64,000 nucleotides of DNA from Syntrophales bacterium (GTDB lineage Bacteria > Desulfobacterota > Syntrophia > Syntrophales > UBA2210). The stretch covers positions 27,736 through 91,735 of the forward strand of contig JAQULO010000001.1 in NCBI GenBank assembly GCA_028718565.1, read 5' to 3'. Of the stretch, positions 47,446 through 59,915 are shown one piece after another. Every line of letters starts with the position of its first letter. The first letter of the stretch is position 1. The notes beneath the pieces were generated by a model. The model was not told where the DNA came from, did no database searches, and worked only from the letters and a program-made list of their open reading frames with translations. Made by a program: the position numbers and the translations under genes.

Positions 47446-47874
47446 TTAAACTAGACCCAACTCATCATCGATAGCCTCATTGGCGAGCCGGTCGGCCACG
47501 GCATTCTCACTGCGAGGCACGTGATCGACGGTATATCCATCGAACAATACTAGGTGCTTCTGCACCTCTTTCATGAGTTCCTTCAGTCTGCTGTTCTTTA
47601 CCCGGTATGCACCCTGTATCTGCCGAACCAGGAGCTCTGAATCGAGAAAAATGCGGATGTTTTTGTACCCATCCCTGAGGGTTTCTTTCAACCCCAGAAT
47701 AAGGGCGCCATACTCCGCCTCGTTATTGGTGCAAGAGCCTAGGAACTGCTTTGCCGTTTTCACCACGTTCCCCTGCTCATCGAACAAGACTGCCCCCGCC
47801 CCGCCACTCCCGGGGTTACCACGACATGCCCCGTCGGTATACAGCCGGATCGCTCTTCCCTCAGACATCGGCAT
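47446..47874 (-). CDS. rnhA: Ribonuclease HI
   Basis: YTDGACRGNPG..GGAGAVL, NNEAEYGALILGL, DSELLV and a C-terminal D..AN. The start is probably the Met at 47874 or 47868. Confidence 0.9.
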   Translation of the reverse strand: MPMSEGRAIRLYTDGACRGNPGSGGAGAVLFDEQGNVVKTAKQFLGSCTNNEAEYGALILGLKETLRDGYKNIRIFLDSELLVRQIQGAYRVKNSRLKELMKEVQKHLVLFDGYTVDHVPRSENAVADRLANEAIDDELGLV

Positions 47875-48580
47875 TTCTGTCTTCCCAGTAAATAATCCTC
47901 TCACAATGCGGACACAGCATCAGTTTATCATGCCTCTGCAATTCGTTGTACATCTGTGGAGGAATGTTCATGTGACATCCGTAGCAGACAGCCTTCCACA
48001 CGGGGACGACGGCGCGGCCGTTCTTTCTGCCTTTTATCATATCAAATTTTTTGAGAAGGCTTGTTTTTGTTCTGCTTCTTACTTCGTCCCTTCTTTTCAG
48101 CACCTTCTCCAGTTCGGAGCCGATGGAATTTAGTTCCTCTTCCATCTTCCGCATCTCATTTTCGCATGTGGAACGGTGCCCGGCTGTTTCGCTCTCCTTT
48201 ACATTCAACCTCTCTCCGGCCCCGTCGATCTGCTCAAGTATATGAATTATTTCGTCCTCGACTGCGCTGTTCTTCTCATGTATGGCGTCTATCTCTTTCA
48301 ATATTGCTTCATATTCTTTGTTGGTCTTGACCTCAAGCAGACGGCCTTTTGCCTTTTTCGCATTTTCGATACCATTTTTCAGCGCGGTTTCCTTTACCTT
48401 GTGATCGGCCCTCAGCATCTCAACCCTTTGTTCGTCTTCCGCCAGCTCCCTTTCGATGCTCTCCAATTTCTCGCCAATCCGGTTTATTTCCTGCGGCAAA
48501 TCTACCCGACCTGCCGTCAGCTTATCCATCTCAAACGTTATCTTCTGAAGTTCAATCAGCAAAAATATCTGCTCTTTCAA
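47861..48580 (-). CDS. Coiled-coil zinc-ribbon protein (COG1579/DUF164-like)
   Basis: Long heptad-rich coiled coil followed by CYGCHMNIPPQ...CPHCERIIY. The likely start is TTG 48580, preceded by AAAGGGGAAG. The ORF opens at 48637. Confidence 0.75.
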   Translation of the reverse strand: MKEQIFLLIELQKITFEMDKLTAGRVDLPQEINRIGEKLESIERELAEDEQRVEMLRADHKVKETALKNGIENAKKAKGRLLEVKTNKEYEAILKEIDAIHEKNSAVEDEIIHILEQIDGAGERLNVKESETAGHRSTCENEMRKMEEELNSIGSELEKVLKRRDEVRSRTKTSLLKKFDMIKGRKNGRAVVPVWKAVCYGCHMNIPPQMYNELQRHDKLMLCPHCERIIYWEDRNADV

Positions 48581-48713
48581 AAAGCTTCCCCTTTCCGACC
48601 GATGTACAAAAAAAAGTGCACCAAAATCTTGGTGCACCCCTTAGTAAAAAATCGCACATGATTGATCCTGCTGGTATCTGTATTTTTCCAAAATCCCCAT
48701 ATCCTGTTTTCAA

Positions 48714-48789
48714 TGGTGGGCCCACCTGGGTTCGAACCAGGGACCTACCGGTTATGAGCCGGTGGCTCTTCCAGCTGAGCTATGGGCCC
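48714..48789 (-). tRNA. tRNA with CAU anticodon (elongator Met or Ile2/lysidine type; not initiator), CCA encoded
   Basis: The reverse complement reads GGGCCCATAGCTCAGCTGGAAGAGCCACCGGCTCATAACCGGTAGGTCCCTGGTTCGAACCCAGGTGGGCCCACCA. It has a G1-C72 pair and no GGG/CCC anticodon stem, so it is not tRNA-fMet. Confidence 0.9.
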
Positions 48790-48819
48790 AAAGACACTTT
48801 GAGCTGACTGAAAACCGGT

Positions 48820-48848
48820 TTTCTATACCGTATTGAAATGGTTGTCAA
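48820..48848 (-). promoter_or_regulatory. Candidate sigma70-type promoter for the CAU tRNA
   Basis: On the minus strand, TTGACA is followed by TATAGA at 15 nt or TAGAAA at 17 nt, about 30 nt upstream of the tRNA 5' end. Pattern match only. Confidence 0.3.
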
Positions 48849-48942
48849 GAAAATTTATGGACAGAACACGGCATGGGCAGGCCCTCGACCCGTCATCAAC
48901 AGAGGACACTGAATGTTACCAGACCATCATATCAAAGGCTTC

Positions 48943-50304
48943 TTACATAAAGAGATGTCCCGATAATTCTTTTATGGTATCGATGGTAACTCGGGTCATC
49001 TGTGTGTCCGTCACCGTCTCACTAAAGGAAGTCCCGGGCAGGATGCAGCGGTTGAACCCCATCCTGGCCGCTTCTTTGATCCTTTCATCCATCCGGCCGA
49101 CATTGCGTACCTCCCCCGTCAGTCCCACCTCACCGAAAACAATGGTTTCGGCATCAATCGGCCTGTTCAGAAAACTAGACATCAGGGATGAAATGATCCC
49201 GAGATCCACCGCCGGCTCGTCAAGCTTCACGCCGCCGGCAACATTGATAAAGATATCGTGATTCCCCAGGTGCAACCCGCACACCTTCTCCATCACGGCG
49301 GCAAGGAGCGACACCCGGTTGTGATCCACCCCAATGGTCGTCCTTCTGGGTATCCCGAAGGTGTTCTCGCTGACCAGGGCCTGTATCTCCACCAGCAGCG
49401 GTCGTGTCCCTTCCATACTGGGCACAACCACCGACCCTGGCGCGCCCCTCGGCCGTTCCGATAGGAACAGGGCCGAAGGATTCGATATCTCAACAAGGCC
49501 ATGTTCCCTCATTTCAAAAACACCGATTTCATTGGTAGGGCCATATCTGTTTTTTACATTGCGTATAATCCGGAAAGCATGCCCCGAGTCTCCCTCAAAA
49601 TACAGGACCGTATCAACCATGTGTTCTAGTATTTTTGGACCTGCTATCAACCCTTCCTTTGTCACATGACCAATCAGGAATATTGGGATCCCTGTCTTCT
49701 TCGACATCATGATGAGCTTCCCCGATGTCTCCTTTATCTGGCTCACACTCCCGGGGGCGGAGGTGATCGCCGATGAGTACACCGTCTGGATGGAGTCGAT
49801 AACCACGATCCCGGGACGCATCTCGCGTATATGTCTCAAAATGTTCTCAAGCGACACCTCGACAAGCACCATCAGGTTTTTCGATGAGGCCCCTATACGT
49901 CCGCCCCGGAGTTTGATCTGGCGTGCCGATTCCTCCCCCGACACATAGAGGACCACCAGCCCGCTTGCGGCAAGATTCTGCATGACCTGCAGGAGGAGGG
50001 TGGATTTCCCTATGCCGGGATCACCCCCTATCAGTACGGCGGAGCCCCCCACGATACCTCCCCCCAGTACCCGATCTATTTCGGCGATCCCCGTCAGGAG
50101 TCGATCCTTTTCATCCGCCGTGATGGTGTCGATAGACAGGGGCTCCTCATTGAAGCATGCCCCCAGAGAGCCTTCGCCCGGAGTTACCCGCTCCTCTTCC
50201 TCAACACATTGATTCCATTCGCCGCAGGAGGGACACCTGCCGAGCCACTTTGCGGACTGATGCCCACAGTTCTGACAGAAAAAGGTGGTCTTTATTTTTT
50301 TCAT
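48943..50304 (-). CDS. radA: DNA repair protein RadA/Sms
   Basis: Zinc finger FCQNCGHQSAKWLGRCPSCGEWN, Walker A GDPGIGKSTLLLQ, KNRYG and a Lon-protease-like C-terminus. Start at MKKIKTTF (50304); the ORF opens at 50451. Confidence 0.95.
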   Translation of the reverse strand: MKKIKTTFFCQNCGHQSAKWLGRCPSCGEWNQCVEEEERVTPGEGSLGACFNEEPLSIDTITADEKDRLLTGIAEIDRVLGGGIVGGSAVLIGGDPGIGKSTLLLQVMQNLAASGLVVLYVSGEESARQIKLRGGRIGASSKNLMVLVEVSLENILRHIREMRPGIVVIDSIQTVYSSAITSAPGSVSQIKETSGKLIMMSKKTGIPIFLIGHVTKEGLIAGPKILEHMVDTVLYFEGDSGHAFRIIRNVKNRYGPTNEIGVFEMREHGLVEISNPSALFLSERPRGAPGSVVVPSMEGTRPLLVEIQALVSENTFGIPRRTTIGVDHNRVSLLAAVMEKVCGLHLGNHDIFINVAGGVKLDEPAVDLGIISSLMSSFLNRPIDAETIVFGEVGLTGEVRNVGRMDERIKEAARMGFNRCILPGTSFSETVTDTQMTRVTIDTIKELSGHLFM

Positions 50305-50549
50305 ACATACCCTCCAGATGTATAAGCTATGGCTCCCATAGCCAGCAAACACTAACCAATTTAGCCATTTTGCGCAACTTAAAACCCCGTGCGCCAGTGT
50401 TCCTGGAGGATTTTTCCGGCGGTTCATGTGCCATGACCACCTACCTACCAACGCCCCCGAAAATTGTGAAACACCTCACTTATGGATGGACACGCAATCA
50501 TCATTCTGGTATGAACACGGTTTTCTAACAAATCAGCGAAGGGGTCTTT

Positions 50550-51677
50550 ATGAACAATCCAAACTTCAGTTCCGGTCCGTGCTCCAAGAGGCCGGGGTGG
50601 ACGGTCGATATATTAAAGGGGGCAGCCCTCGGACGTTCTCACCGCAGTGCGCTCGGCAAGGAGAAGCTGGCCGGGGCGATAACCGAGAGTAAAAGAATAC
50701 TTGGCGTACCGGAAGGGTACTTGCTCGGGATACTCCCCGGCTCCGACACCGGCGCGTTTGAGGGGGCCATGTGGTCGCTTCTGGGGCCCCGCCCGGTAAC
50801 GGTACTCGTGTGGGAGAGCTTCAGTAAGGGGTGGGCAACGGATGTGGACAAACAGCTGAAGCTCAGCCCCACCATTCTGGAGGCGGATTATGGGCAGATC
50901 CCAGAGCTTGGGGGCATCGACTGGTCGAATGACGTGGTCTTTGTGGCCAATGGAACAACCAGTGGCGTCAGAATCCCCAATTGGAAATGGATCCCCGACG
51001 ATCGGGAAGGCCTGACCCTGTGCGATGCAACCAGCGCAGTCTTTGCCATGGATATCGAGTGGGCAAAGGTTGATGTCCTAGCCTACTCCTGGCAGAAGTG
51101 CCTGGGAGGGGAAGCCGCCCACGGGGTGCTGATCCTGAGCCCTCGGGCCATTGAACGGTTGGAGTCTTATGACCCTCCGTGGCCGATGCCGAAGATATTC
51201 CGCCTTACAAAGGGGGGCAAGGTAACCAAGGCGATCTTTAAAGGGGATACAATCAATACCCCTTCGATGCTCTGTGTGGAGGATTATCTGGATGCCCTAG
51301 CGTGGGCTGGGGGGCTCGGCCTGGCTGGTCTTATCGAAAAGAGCAAAGCTAACCTGAGGGTCGTGGAGCAGTGGGTCAGCCTTACGGACTGGATTGACTT
51401 TCTTGCCGAGTCCGAGGATATCCGATCCAGCACATCCGTCTGCCTGAAGATTACGGACAGCAGGTTTCAGGCGCTGTCCAAGGAGGATCAGTCGGCGTTT
51501 GTCAAAGATATTGCGGGGAAACTGAGCAGAGAGGACATCGCCCATGATATAGCTTCATACAAGGATGCCCCTCCGGGGTTTCGTATATGGTGCGGGCCCA
51601 CCGTGGAGGAATCAGATATCAGGACGGTTGTGAAGGGGCTGGAGATGACGTGCCTGCTCAGGATGGAGAGTCTGTGA
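50550..51677 (+). CDS. serC: Phosphoserine aminotransferase (short, SerC_2 type)
   Basis: 375 aa beginning [13 protein letters not shown], with a class V aminotransferase fold. It is adjacent to serA. Confidence 0.85.
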   Translation: MNNPNFSSGPCSKRPGWTVDILKGAALGRSHRSALGKEKLAGAITESKRILGVPEGYLLGILPGSDTGAFEGAMWSLLGPRPVTVLVWESFSKGWATDVDKQLKLSPTILEADYGQIPELGGIDWSNDVVFVANGTTSGVRIPNWKWIPDDREGLTLCDATSAVFAMDIEWAKVDVLAYSWQKCLGGEAAHGVLILSPRAIERLESYDPPWPMPKIFRLTKGGKVTKAIFKGDTINTPSMLCVEDYLDALAWAGGLGLAGLIEKSKANLRVVEQWVSLTDWIDFLAESEDIRSSTSVCLKITDSRFQALSKEDQSAFVKDIAGKLSREDIAHDIASYKDAPPGFRIWCGPTVEESDIRTVVKGLEMTCLLRMESL

Positions 51678-51728
51678 ATATCGGCTTGAAACGCCGGTGA
51701 CAATACAAGAGAAAGGATACAACTACTC

Positions 51729-54640
<2,912 letters not shown>

Positions 54641-54759
54641 CTTTTACAGCTCGAAGGAGTCACGTCGGCAAGACATATCGGGACAGTGAGCAAAAAACCA
54701 CTGCTTACACAGTACCGGGCAACAATTCACGAGGGGGCGTTATTATTAAAGGCATTTCG

Positions 54760-55140
54760 TTGGATTCACAAAGGCTTGTTATTCACTGCGTCAATGCGAC
54801 GCTGGACAGAAAAGCAGAAGACATCGTCATCCTCAGCGTGAAGGACATCTCCTCCTTCGCTGACTACTTTGTTATATGCAGCGGAAACTCGGACCGGCAG
54901 ATACAGTCGCTGGCCGATCATGTCGGACAGAAGCTGAAGACGGTTGGAGTATTCCCCTTGGGAGTTGAAGGGGAACATTCCGGAAGCTGGATACTGATGG
55001 ATTACGGCGATGTGATACTGCATATATTCTACAAGCCCGTTAGAGAGTTTTATGATATCGAGGCTCTGTGGTCGGATGCGCCCAGGATGACCGTCGAAGA
55101 ATCCGTACAGGAACTGACCGTACTCAATGATGATATGTGA
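54760..55140 (+). CDS. rsfS: Ribosomal silencing factor RsfS
   Basis: LDRKAEDIVILSV...FADYFVICSG.SDRQIQSLA...EG...WILMDYGDVILHIF...REFYDIEALW. The ORF opens at 54637, but its first 40 or so residues look non-coding. The TTG 54760 start is a guess. Confidence 0.8.
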   Translation: MDSQRLVIHCVNATLDRKAEDIVILSVKDISSFADYFVICSGNSDRQIQSLADHVGQKLKTVGVFPLGVEGEHSGSWILMDYGDVILHIFYKPVREFYDIEALWSDAPRMTVEESVQELTVLNDDM

Positions 55141-55861
55141 AGTAAAAGAAATGGCCTTTGGCCTTGCCGACATGCTGTTTCCCCCGACGTGCCTGACATG
55201 CGGGGCTGCTTTGCCCGGTCGAGGAGAAGACCCCTTTTGTGCCGAATGCCTAAGCGTAATACAATATACAGTCCCTCCCCTGTGCACCGCCTGCGGACTT
55301 CCCTTTACAACGATTCAGGGGGCGGATCATCTCTGTGAGGAATGTATCCGGTCGAGACCTCCCTTTTCAGTGGCCAGATCGTTGGGCAAGTATGAGGCAA
55401 CACTCCTCGATGCTGTCCACTTGTTCAAGTATCATGGAAAGATATCGGCAGGAGAGGCCTTAGGGCGGATGATGGCGCGAGCCCCGTACGATTCCCTGGC
55501 AACAGGGGAATATTCTCTGGTCATCCCCGTCCCACTTCATCCGAAGAGATTGAGGGAACGAGGATTTAATCAGTCGCTTGTCCTTTCACGGCAGGTATCC
55601 AACCGGTTCAACATACCCCTTGATTTTTTGACTCTCAGGAGAACGGTTCACACCGAGGCACAGGTCAAACTCTCGGGGCGCAAGCGAAGGACAAATGTAC
55701 GGGGAGCCTTTGAAGTAACGGATAAAGACAGGATAAAAGGGCACAGGATAGTGCTGATAGATGATGTATACACCACCGGCAGCACAGTCACGGAGTGTTC
55801 GAAGGTGCTGATGAGAAACGGTGCGCACGAGGTGGCGGTGCTCACGCTGGCGAGGGCTTGA
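55127..55861 (+). CDS. comF: ComF-family phosphoribosyltransferase-like protein
   Basis: N-terminal double CxxC zinc motifs (CLTCG, CAEC, CTACG, CEEC) and a PRT motif IVLIDDVYTTGST. Confidence 0.85.
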   Translation: MMICEVKEMAFGLADMLFPPTCLTCGAALPGRGEDPFCAECLSVIQYTVPPLCTACGLPFTTIQGADHLCEECIRSRPPFSVARSLGKYEATLLDAVHLFKYHGKISAGEALGRMMARAPYDSLATGEYSLVIPVPLHPKRLRERGFNQSLVLSRQVSNRFNIPLDFLTLRRTVHTEAQVKLSGRKRRTNVRGAFEVTDKDRIKGHRIVLIDDVYTTGSTVTECSKVLMRNGAHEVAVLTLARA

Positions 55862-55887
55862 GGGTGAGGTCACACAGGGAGATGCGT

Positions 55888-56391
55888 ATGAACAAGATGC
55901 TGTCCAGGGAAGATTTGAAAGAGAGGGTTGCGGAGCTCAAGCGGGAGGGAAAACGGATTGTCTTCACCAACGGCTGTTTTGATATCCTCCACATAGGACA
56001 TGTCAAATATCTCGAGCAATCAAAAGGGCTGGGCGACATTCTGATCCTTGCCCTTAACAGCGACTCTTCGGTGCGATCCATCAAGGGGCCGCTGAGGCCC
56101 ATTGTTCCCGAGGATGAAAGGGCGTACATAATGGCATCCCTCAAGGTGGTGGATTATGTGACCATCTTCGATGAAGACACCCCTCTCGCGTTGATAGAGT
56201 ATATCGAACCCGACATCCTGGTCAAGGGAGGGGACTGGAGCCGGGACACCGTTGTCGGCCGCGAATCGGTGGAGAAGAGAGGAGGGAGGGTCATCATTAT
56301 CCCACAGTTCGACGGAACCGGGGCCGATCACCCTGCCTCGACAACCGGCGTAATAGAAAGGATCATGAACGCTTACACAAAAGGGGCTTGA
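55888..56391 (+). CDS. hldC: D-glycero-beta-D-manno-heptose-1-phosphate adenylyltransferase (RfaE domain II), stand-alone
   Basis: Cytidylyltransferase motif FTNGCFDILHIGH, with length and C-terminus matching the HldE C-terminal domain. Start at MNKMLS (55888); the ORF opens at 55795 inside comF. Confidence 0.85.
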   Translation: MNKMLSREDLKERVAELKREGKRIVFTNGCFDILHIGHVKYLEQSKGLGDILILALNSDSSVRSIKGPLRPIVPEDERAYIMASLKVVDYVTIFDEDTPLALIEYIEPDILVKGGDWSRDTVVGRESVEKRGGRVIIIPQFDGTGADHPASTTGVIERIMNAYTKGA

Positions 56392-56397
56392 TTTTTC

Positions 56398-56426
56398 TTT
56401 ACAAAAACAGGTCCATTGTATATAAA
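56398..56426 (+). promoter_or_regulatory. Candidate sigma70-type promoter for dksA
   Basis: TTTACA, a 17-nt spacer, then TATAAA, about 40 nt upstream of the dksA ATG. Pattern match only. Confidence 0.4.
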
Positions 56427-56463
56427 ATACGATTTACTTTAAAGAAGGTGGGGATGGAAGTTG

Positions 56464-56826
56464 ATGAAATCGGAGCAGCTTGAATATTTCAAGGGCCTTT
56501 TCACGCAGAAGCTTGAGGAGTTGTTGGGTGAGGCGGGCAAAACCGTTTCCGAAATGACAGGAGGAACGGAGAGTTTCCCCGATGTAACGGACAGGGCATC
56601 CCAGGAGTCCGACAGGAACTTTGAGCTGAGGATCAGAGACAGGGAAAGAAAGTTGGCAAAGAAGATGAGGGAGGCCCTCCAGCGCATTGACGATGGCACC
56701 TTTGGTGTCTGCGAGGTATGCGGGAAAAAGATATCCGAAAAAAGATTGATGGCGCGTCCGGTTACCACCCTTTGTATAGACTGCAAGACAAAGCAAGAAG
56801 AGCAGGAAAAGCAGAGGGGCGAATAG
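56464..56826 (+). CDS. dksA: RNA polymerase-binding transcription factor DksA (C4 zinc finger)
   Basis: Coiled-coil N-terminus and CEVCGKKI...CIDCK. GGTGGGGA SD upstream of ATG 56464. Confidence 0.88.
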   Translation: MKSEQLEYFKGLFTQKLEELLGEAGKTVSEMTGGTESFPDVTDRASQESDRNFELRIRDRERKLAKKMREALQRIDDGTFGVCEVCGKKISEKRLMARPVTTLCIDCKTKQEEQEKQRGE

Positions 56827-56950
56827 GGGGGTTACCCAAGCCCCAACTGCCCCGAGGGTACAACCCCTTATCCGTGAAAACAACATGCCGTTTTGTCGTT
56901 CCCTATCGTCTCCACGTAACGATGCCGCCCAGGCACCGTCCTCATCGGCA

Positions 56951-57500
56951 ATGGGAAAACCCGTCCTCTGTACTATTTTTTACTGATCGTATCTCTTTGT
57001 TTCATCCCGACGGGATTTGCCTATATTCTCTCCCCCCAACGGGTGCTGGAGCCTTTTCTAAGGGCGTACCGAGGCGTGCATACCGTAAAGATCGACGTGG
57101 AAACCACGATATATGGGGATTCGTACGGCGAGAGGGAGATCAGGGGGCAACTCCTGGTAAAGGGAGGAGGCCTCTTCAGATCCGCGAGAGGGTGCCCGCA
57201 GGGGGACACTGTTCTCGTGCAGGAGGGAGGAAAAGGCTTCTCCCTCTGCGGTTCGTCGGGGTGGGAATATCCGGTGGAGACAAGGTCGTTTTGAGGGCTC
57301 AATATTTGGATTATCGTCAGACGGACAAAGAGCTTTGGTTCCCCGGAAAGATAGAGTACTACATCAATGATACCCTGTCTGCCGTCAGCATACTGCGTAA
57401 TATATCCGTAAATGAGAAGCTGTCCGAAACCTTATTCAAGATACCTGAGGGGAGCGTGGGCATCTCCCCTGTGACAGACTTTCTCAACATCAAGGAATAG
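56951..57500 (+). pseudogene. LolA-like / outer-membrane lipoprotein-sorting-like protein, disrupted by two -1 frame changes
   Basis: ATG 56951 (MGKPVLCTIF) hits a stop after the T6 run at 56976-56981. The next frame continues LLIVSLCFIPTGFAYILSPQRVLEPFLRAYRGVHTVKIDVETT...VLVQEGGKG and stops at 57294. A third frame carries ...GDKVVLRAQYLDYRQTDKELWFPGKIEYYINDTL...NEKLSETLFKIP to 57500. Confidence 0.55.
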
Positions 57501-57503
57501 CCG

Positions 57504-59915
57504 GTGTTTGTCAACGTAGCCATCAGCATACCATCTGCGGCCACCTTTACCTATGGCGTCCCGGATGACATGGAAGGGCAGATCGCCGTCGGCAAGCGGG
57601 TCCTTGTACCGCTCGGCAGGAGGAACGTGACGGGCTATATCGTCGAATCGATTTTCTCGACAGACACACCATCCGTCAAAGACATTATCGACCTGCTTGA
57701 CAGCGAACCGCTTTTCAACGCACAGGACCTTGAATTCTACCGGTGGATCTCGGAATACTATATGTATCCGCTGGGGAAAACGCTCAAGTCTTCTCTCCCT
57801 GGGGGGATAGATATTGAGAGCAACCGTTGGGTCTGCCTGTCAGACAATCGTCCTGTGGAGAATAGCGATCTGCCCGATGCACAGCGCAATATCTTAGGAA
57901 TATTGGCCGATTACCCCAAGGGTTTGTCGGTCACTAAGCTGAAAAAGACCGCCGGAAGAAAAAGTGTCATCTCTGAACTCAAGGGTCTTCAAGACCTGCA
58001 ATTCATCAATGTGGGGGACCGGGTCGGAAAAGCCACGATAACAAAGAAGCAAGAAACAAGGGTAGCAATACGATCCCCCCTTCCCCCAAACGTCACCTTG
58101 ACAGAGAAACAGGGTAAAATCTGCGAGTTTTTGGAGAGGCATGGCGAGACCGACATATCGAGCCTCCGCTCGGAATTCAAGAATGTCCGGGCTACGATAA
58201 CAAGCATGGAAAAGAAGGGCCTCCTTGATATGTCCACGCACGAGGTCTACCGAAGCCCGGCCCGTTCCCCCCATATCGGGAAGGAAAATTCCGCTATACG
58301 GTTAAACGAGCAGCAGGAGAAGGCGCTCGGAGAGATAGCGGAGGGAATCACCTCCCACCGCTACTTTCCCTGTCTGCTCCACGGCGTTACAGGGAGCGGA
58401 AAGACCGAGGTGTACCTCAAGGCGATAGAGGAGACTGTGGCCTTGGGGGGCAGTGCCATCTACCTCGTACCGGAGATAACGCTGACACCGCAACTGATGA
58501 GCAGGATACAAAACAGGTTTGACGGAAAGATAATCGCCATCCTGCACAGCGGTATCGGGCAAAGCGCAAAATATGATGAATGGCGAAGGATCCAGAGGGG
58601 CGATGCCCGGATCGTCGTAGGGGCGAGATCGGCCATATTTGCCCCGGTCAGAGACCTGCGGCTTATCATCGTCGATGAGGAGCATGACTCCTCATACAAA
58701 CAGGGGGAGCACCTTCCCTACAATGCGCGCGATCTTGCAATCGTACGAGCAAAACAGGGGGCGGCCACGGTGATTCTCGGATCGGCGACGCCCGCCATTC
58801 AGACATACTTCAACACGCAAAACAGAAATTTCAAACTCCTCGAGCTGACCCGGCGGGTTGCCGGAAGGGATCTCCCCCGCGTCGATATCATCGATATGAA
58901 ACAAGAAGGGGGGAACACGCCCCCCCTGTTCTCCCGGCCCCTGATAGACGCCGTCAGGGAAACCCTTGGTGCCGGCAAGCAGACACTCCTCTTTCTCAAC
59001 AGGCGGGGGTTTCATACCTTTCTCTACTGTCTCGACTGCGGCTACATATTCAAATGCCTCAACTGTTCCGTCTCCATGACACACCACATGAACGACGGAT
59101 ACCTGATGTGTCATTACTGCAACTTCCGCGTCAAAGCCCCCCCGGCATGTCCCACTTGCGGCGGCTCCCGGATACACAGCTACGGCATGGGAACCGAGAG
59201 GGTGGAGGAAGAAATTGCAACACTTTTCCCCGACGCAAGGGTGGGAAGGATGGATAGCGATTCTACCTCGAGGAAGGGGGCATACGAAAAGATTCTCACA
59301 TCCCTCGACAGGGGCGAGATAGATATCCTTGTGGGGACACAAATGATCACGAAGGGGCATGACTTCCCCGGCGTTACCCTGGTCGGGGTGGTATCGGCGG
59401 ACACCTCTCTGAATGTCCCTGATTTCAGGGCCGCGGAAAAGACCTTTCAGGTGCTGACGCAGGTCTCAGGGAGAGGGGGCAGGGGTGATTCGCCGGGGAG
59501 GGTGATCGTACAGACCGTTAACCCGAACAACAGTACCATACGACTGGCCCGGGACCATAACTATATCAGTTTCTATCATGACGAGATTGCAATGCGCCAG
59601 GGACTCGGCTATCCCCCCTTTAGCCGCATGGTAAATCTTGTCATATCCTCAACGAACGAAGCTGCGGCTGCCGACTGTGCCAAAAAGCTCCACCCTGTTG
59701 CCAGAGATATGGCCCAACTGGGAGGGGGAACGGTTGCCGTCCTGGGACCCGCAGAGGCCCCTCTTTACAAGGTCAAGGGCAGATACCGGTGGCAACTGCT
59801 TCTCAAGGGAAAGAATATACCGGCGCTGCACTCCCTCGCCGAGCAGATCCTGGGATACAACAAGGACAGCACTCTTCGCATCAAGGTGGATGTAGATCCG
59901 GTGAATTTTATGTAG
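57504..59915 (+). CDS. priA: Primosomal protein N' (replication restart helicase PriA)
   Basis: Walker A GVTGSGKTEVY, DEEH box IIVDEEHD, the Cys-rich zinc region (CLDCGYIFKCLNCS...CHYCNF...CPTCGG) and helicase motifs. GTG start. Confidence 0.96.
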   Translation: MFVNVAISIPSAATFTYGVPDDMEGQIAVGKRVLVPLGRRNVTGYIVESIFSTDTPSVKDIIDLLDSEPLFNAQDLEFYRWISEYYMYPLGKTLKSSLPGGIDIESNRWVCLSDNRPVENSDLPDAQRNILGILADYPKGLSVTKLKKTAGRKSVISELKGLQDLQFINVGDRVGKATITKKQETRVAIRSPLPPNVTLTEKQGKICEFLERHGETDISSLRSEFKNVRATITSMEKKGLLDMSTHEVYRSPARSPHIGKENSAIRLNEQQEKALGEIAEGITSHRYFPCLLHGVTGSGKTEVYLKAIEETVALGGSAIYLVPEITLTPQLMSRIQNRFDGKIIAILHSGIGQSAKYDEWRRIQRGDARIVVGARSAIFAPVRDLRLIIVDEEHDSSYKQGEHLPYNARDLAIVRAKQGAATVILGSATPAIQTYFNTQNRNFKLLELTRRVAGRDLPRVDIIDMKQEGGNTPPLFSRPLIDAVRETLGAGKQTLLFLNRRGFHTFLYCLDCGYIFKCLNCSVSMTHHMNDGYLMCHYCNFRVKAPPACPTCGGSRIHSYGMGTERVEEEIATLFPDARVGRMDSDSTSRKGAYEKILTSLDRGEIDILVGTQMITKGHDFPGVTLVGVVSADTSLNVPDFRAAEKTFQVLTQVSGRGGRGDSPGRVIVQTVNPNNSTIRLARDHNYISFYHDEIAMRQGLGYPPFSRMVNLVISSTNEAAAADCAKKLHPVARDMAQLGGGTVAVLGPAEAPLYKVKGRYRWQLLLKGKNIPALHSLAEQILGYNKDSTLRIKVDVDPVNFM

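Noticed and set aside
56718-57500. 260-aa ORF taken at face value
   Set aside because: Its first 110 or so codons overlap dksA out of frame and are Arg/Pro-rich nonsense. Only the last 75 or so residues look like real protein (LolA-like). It is reinterpreted as part of a frameshifted gene.
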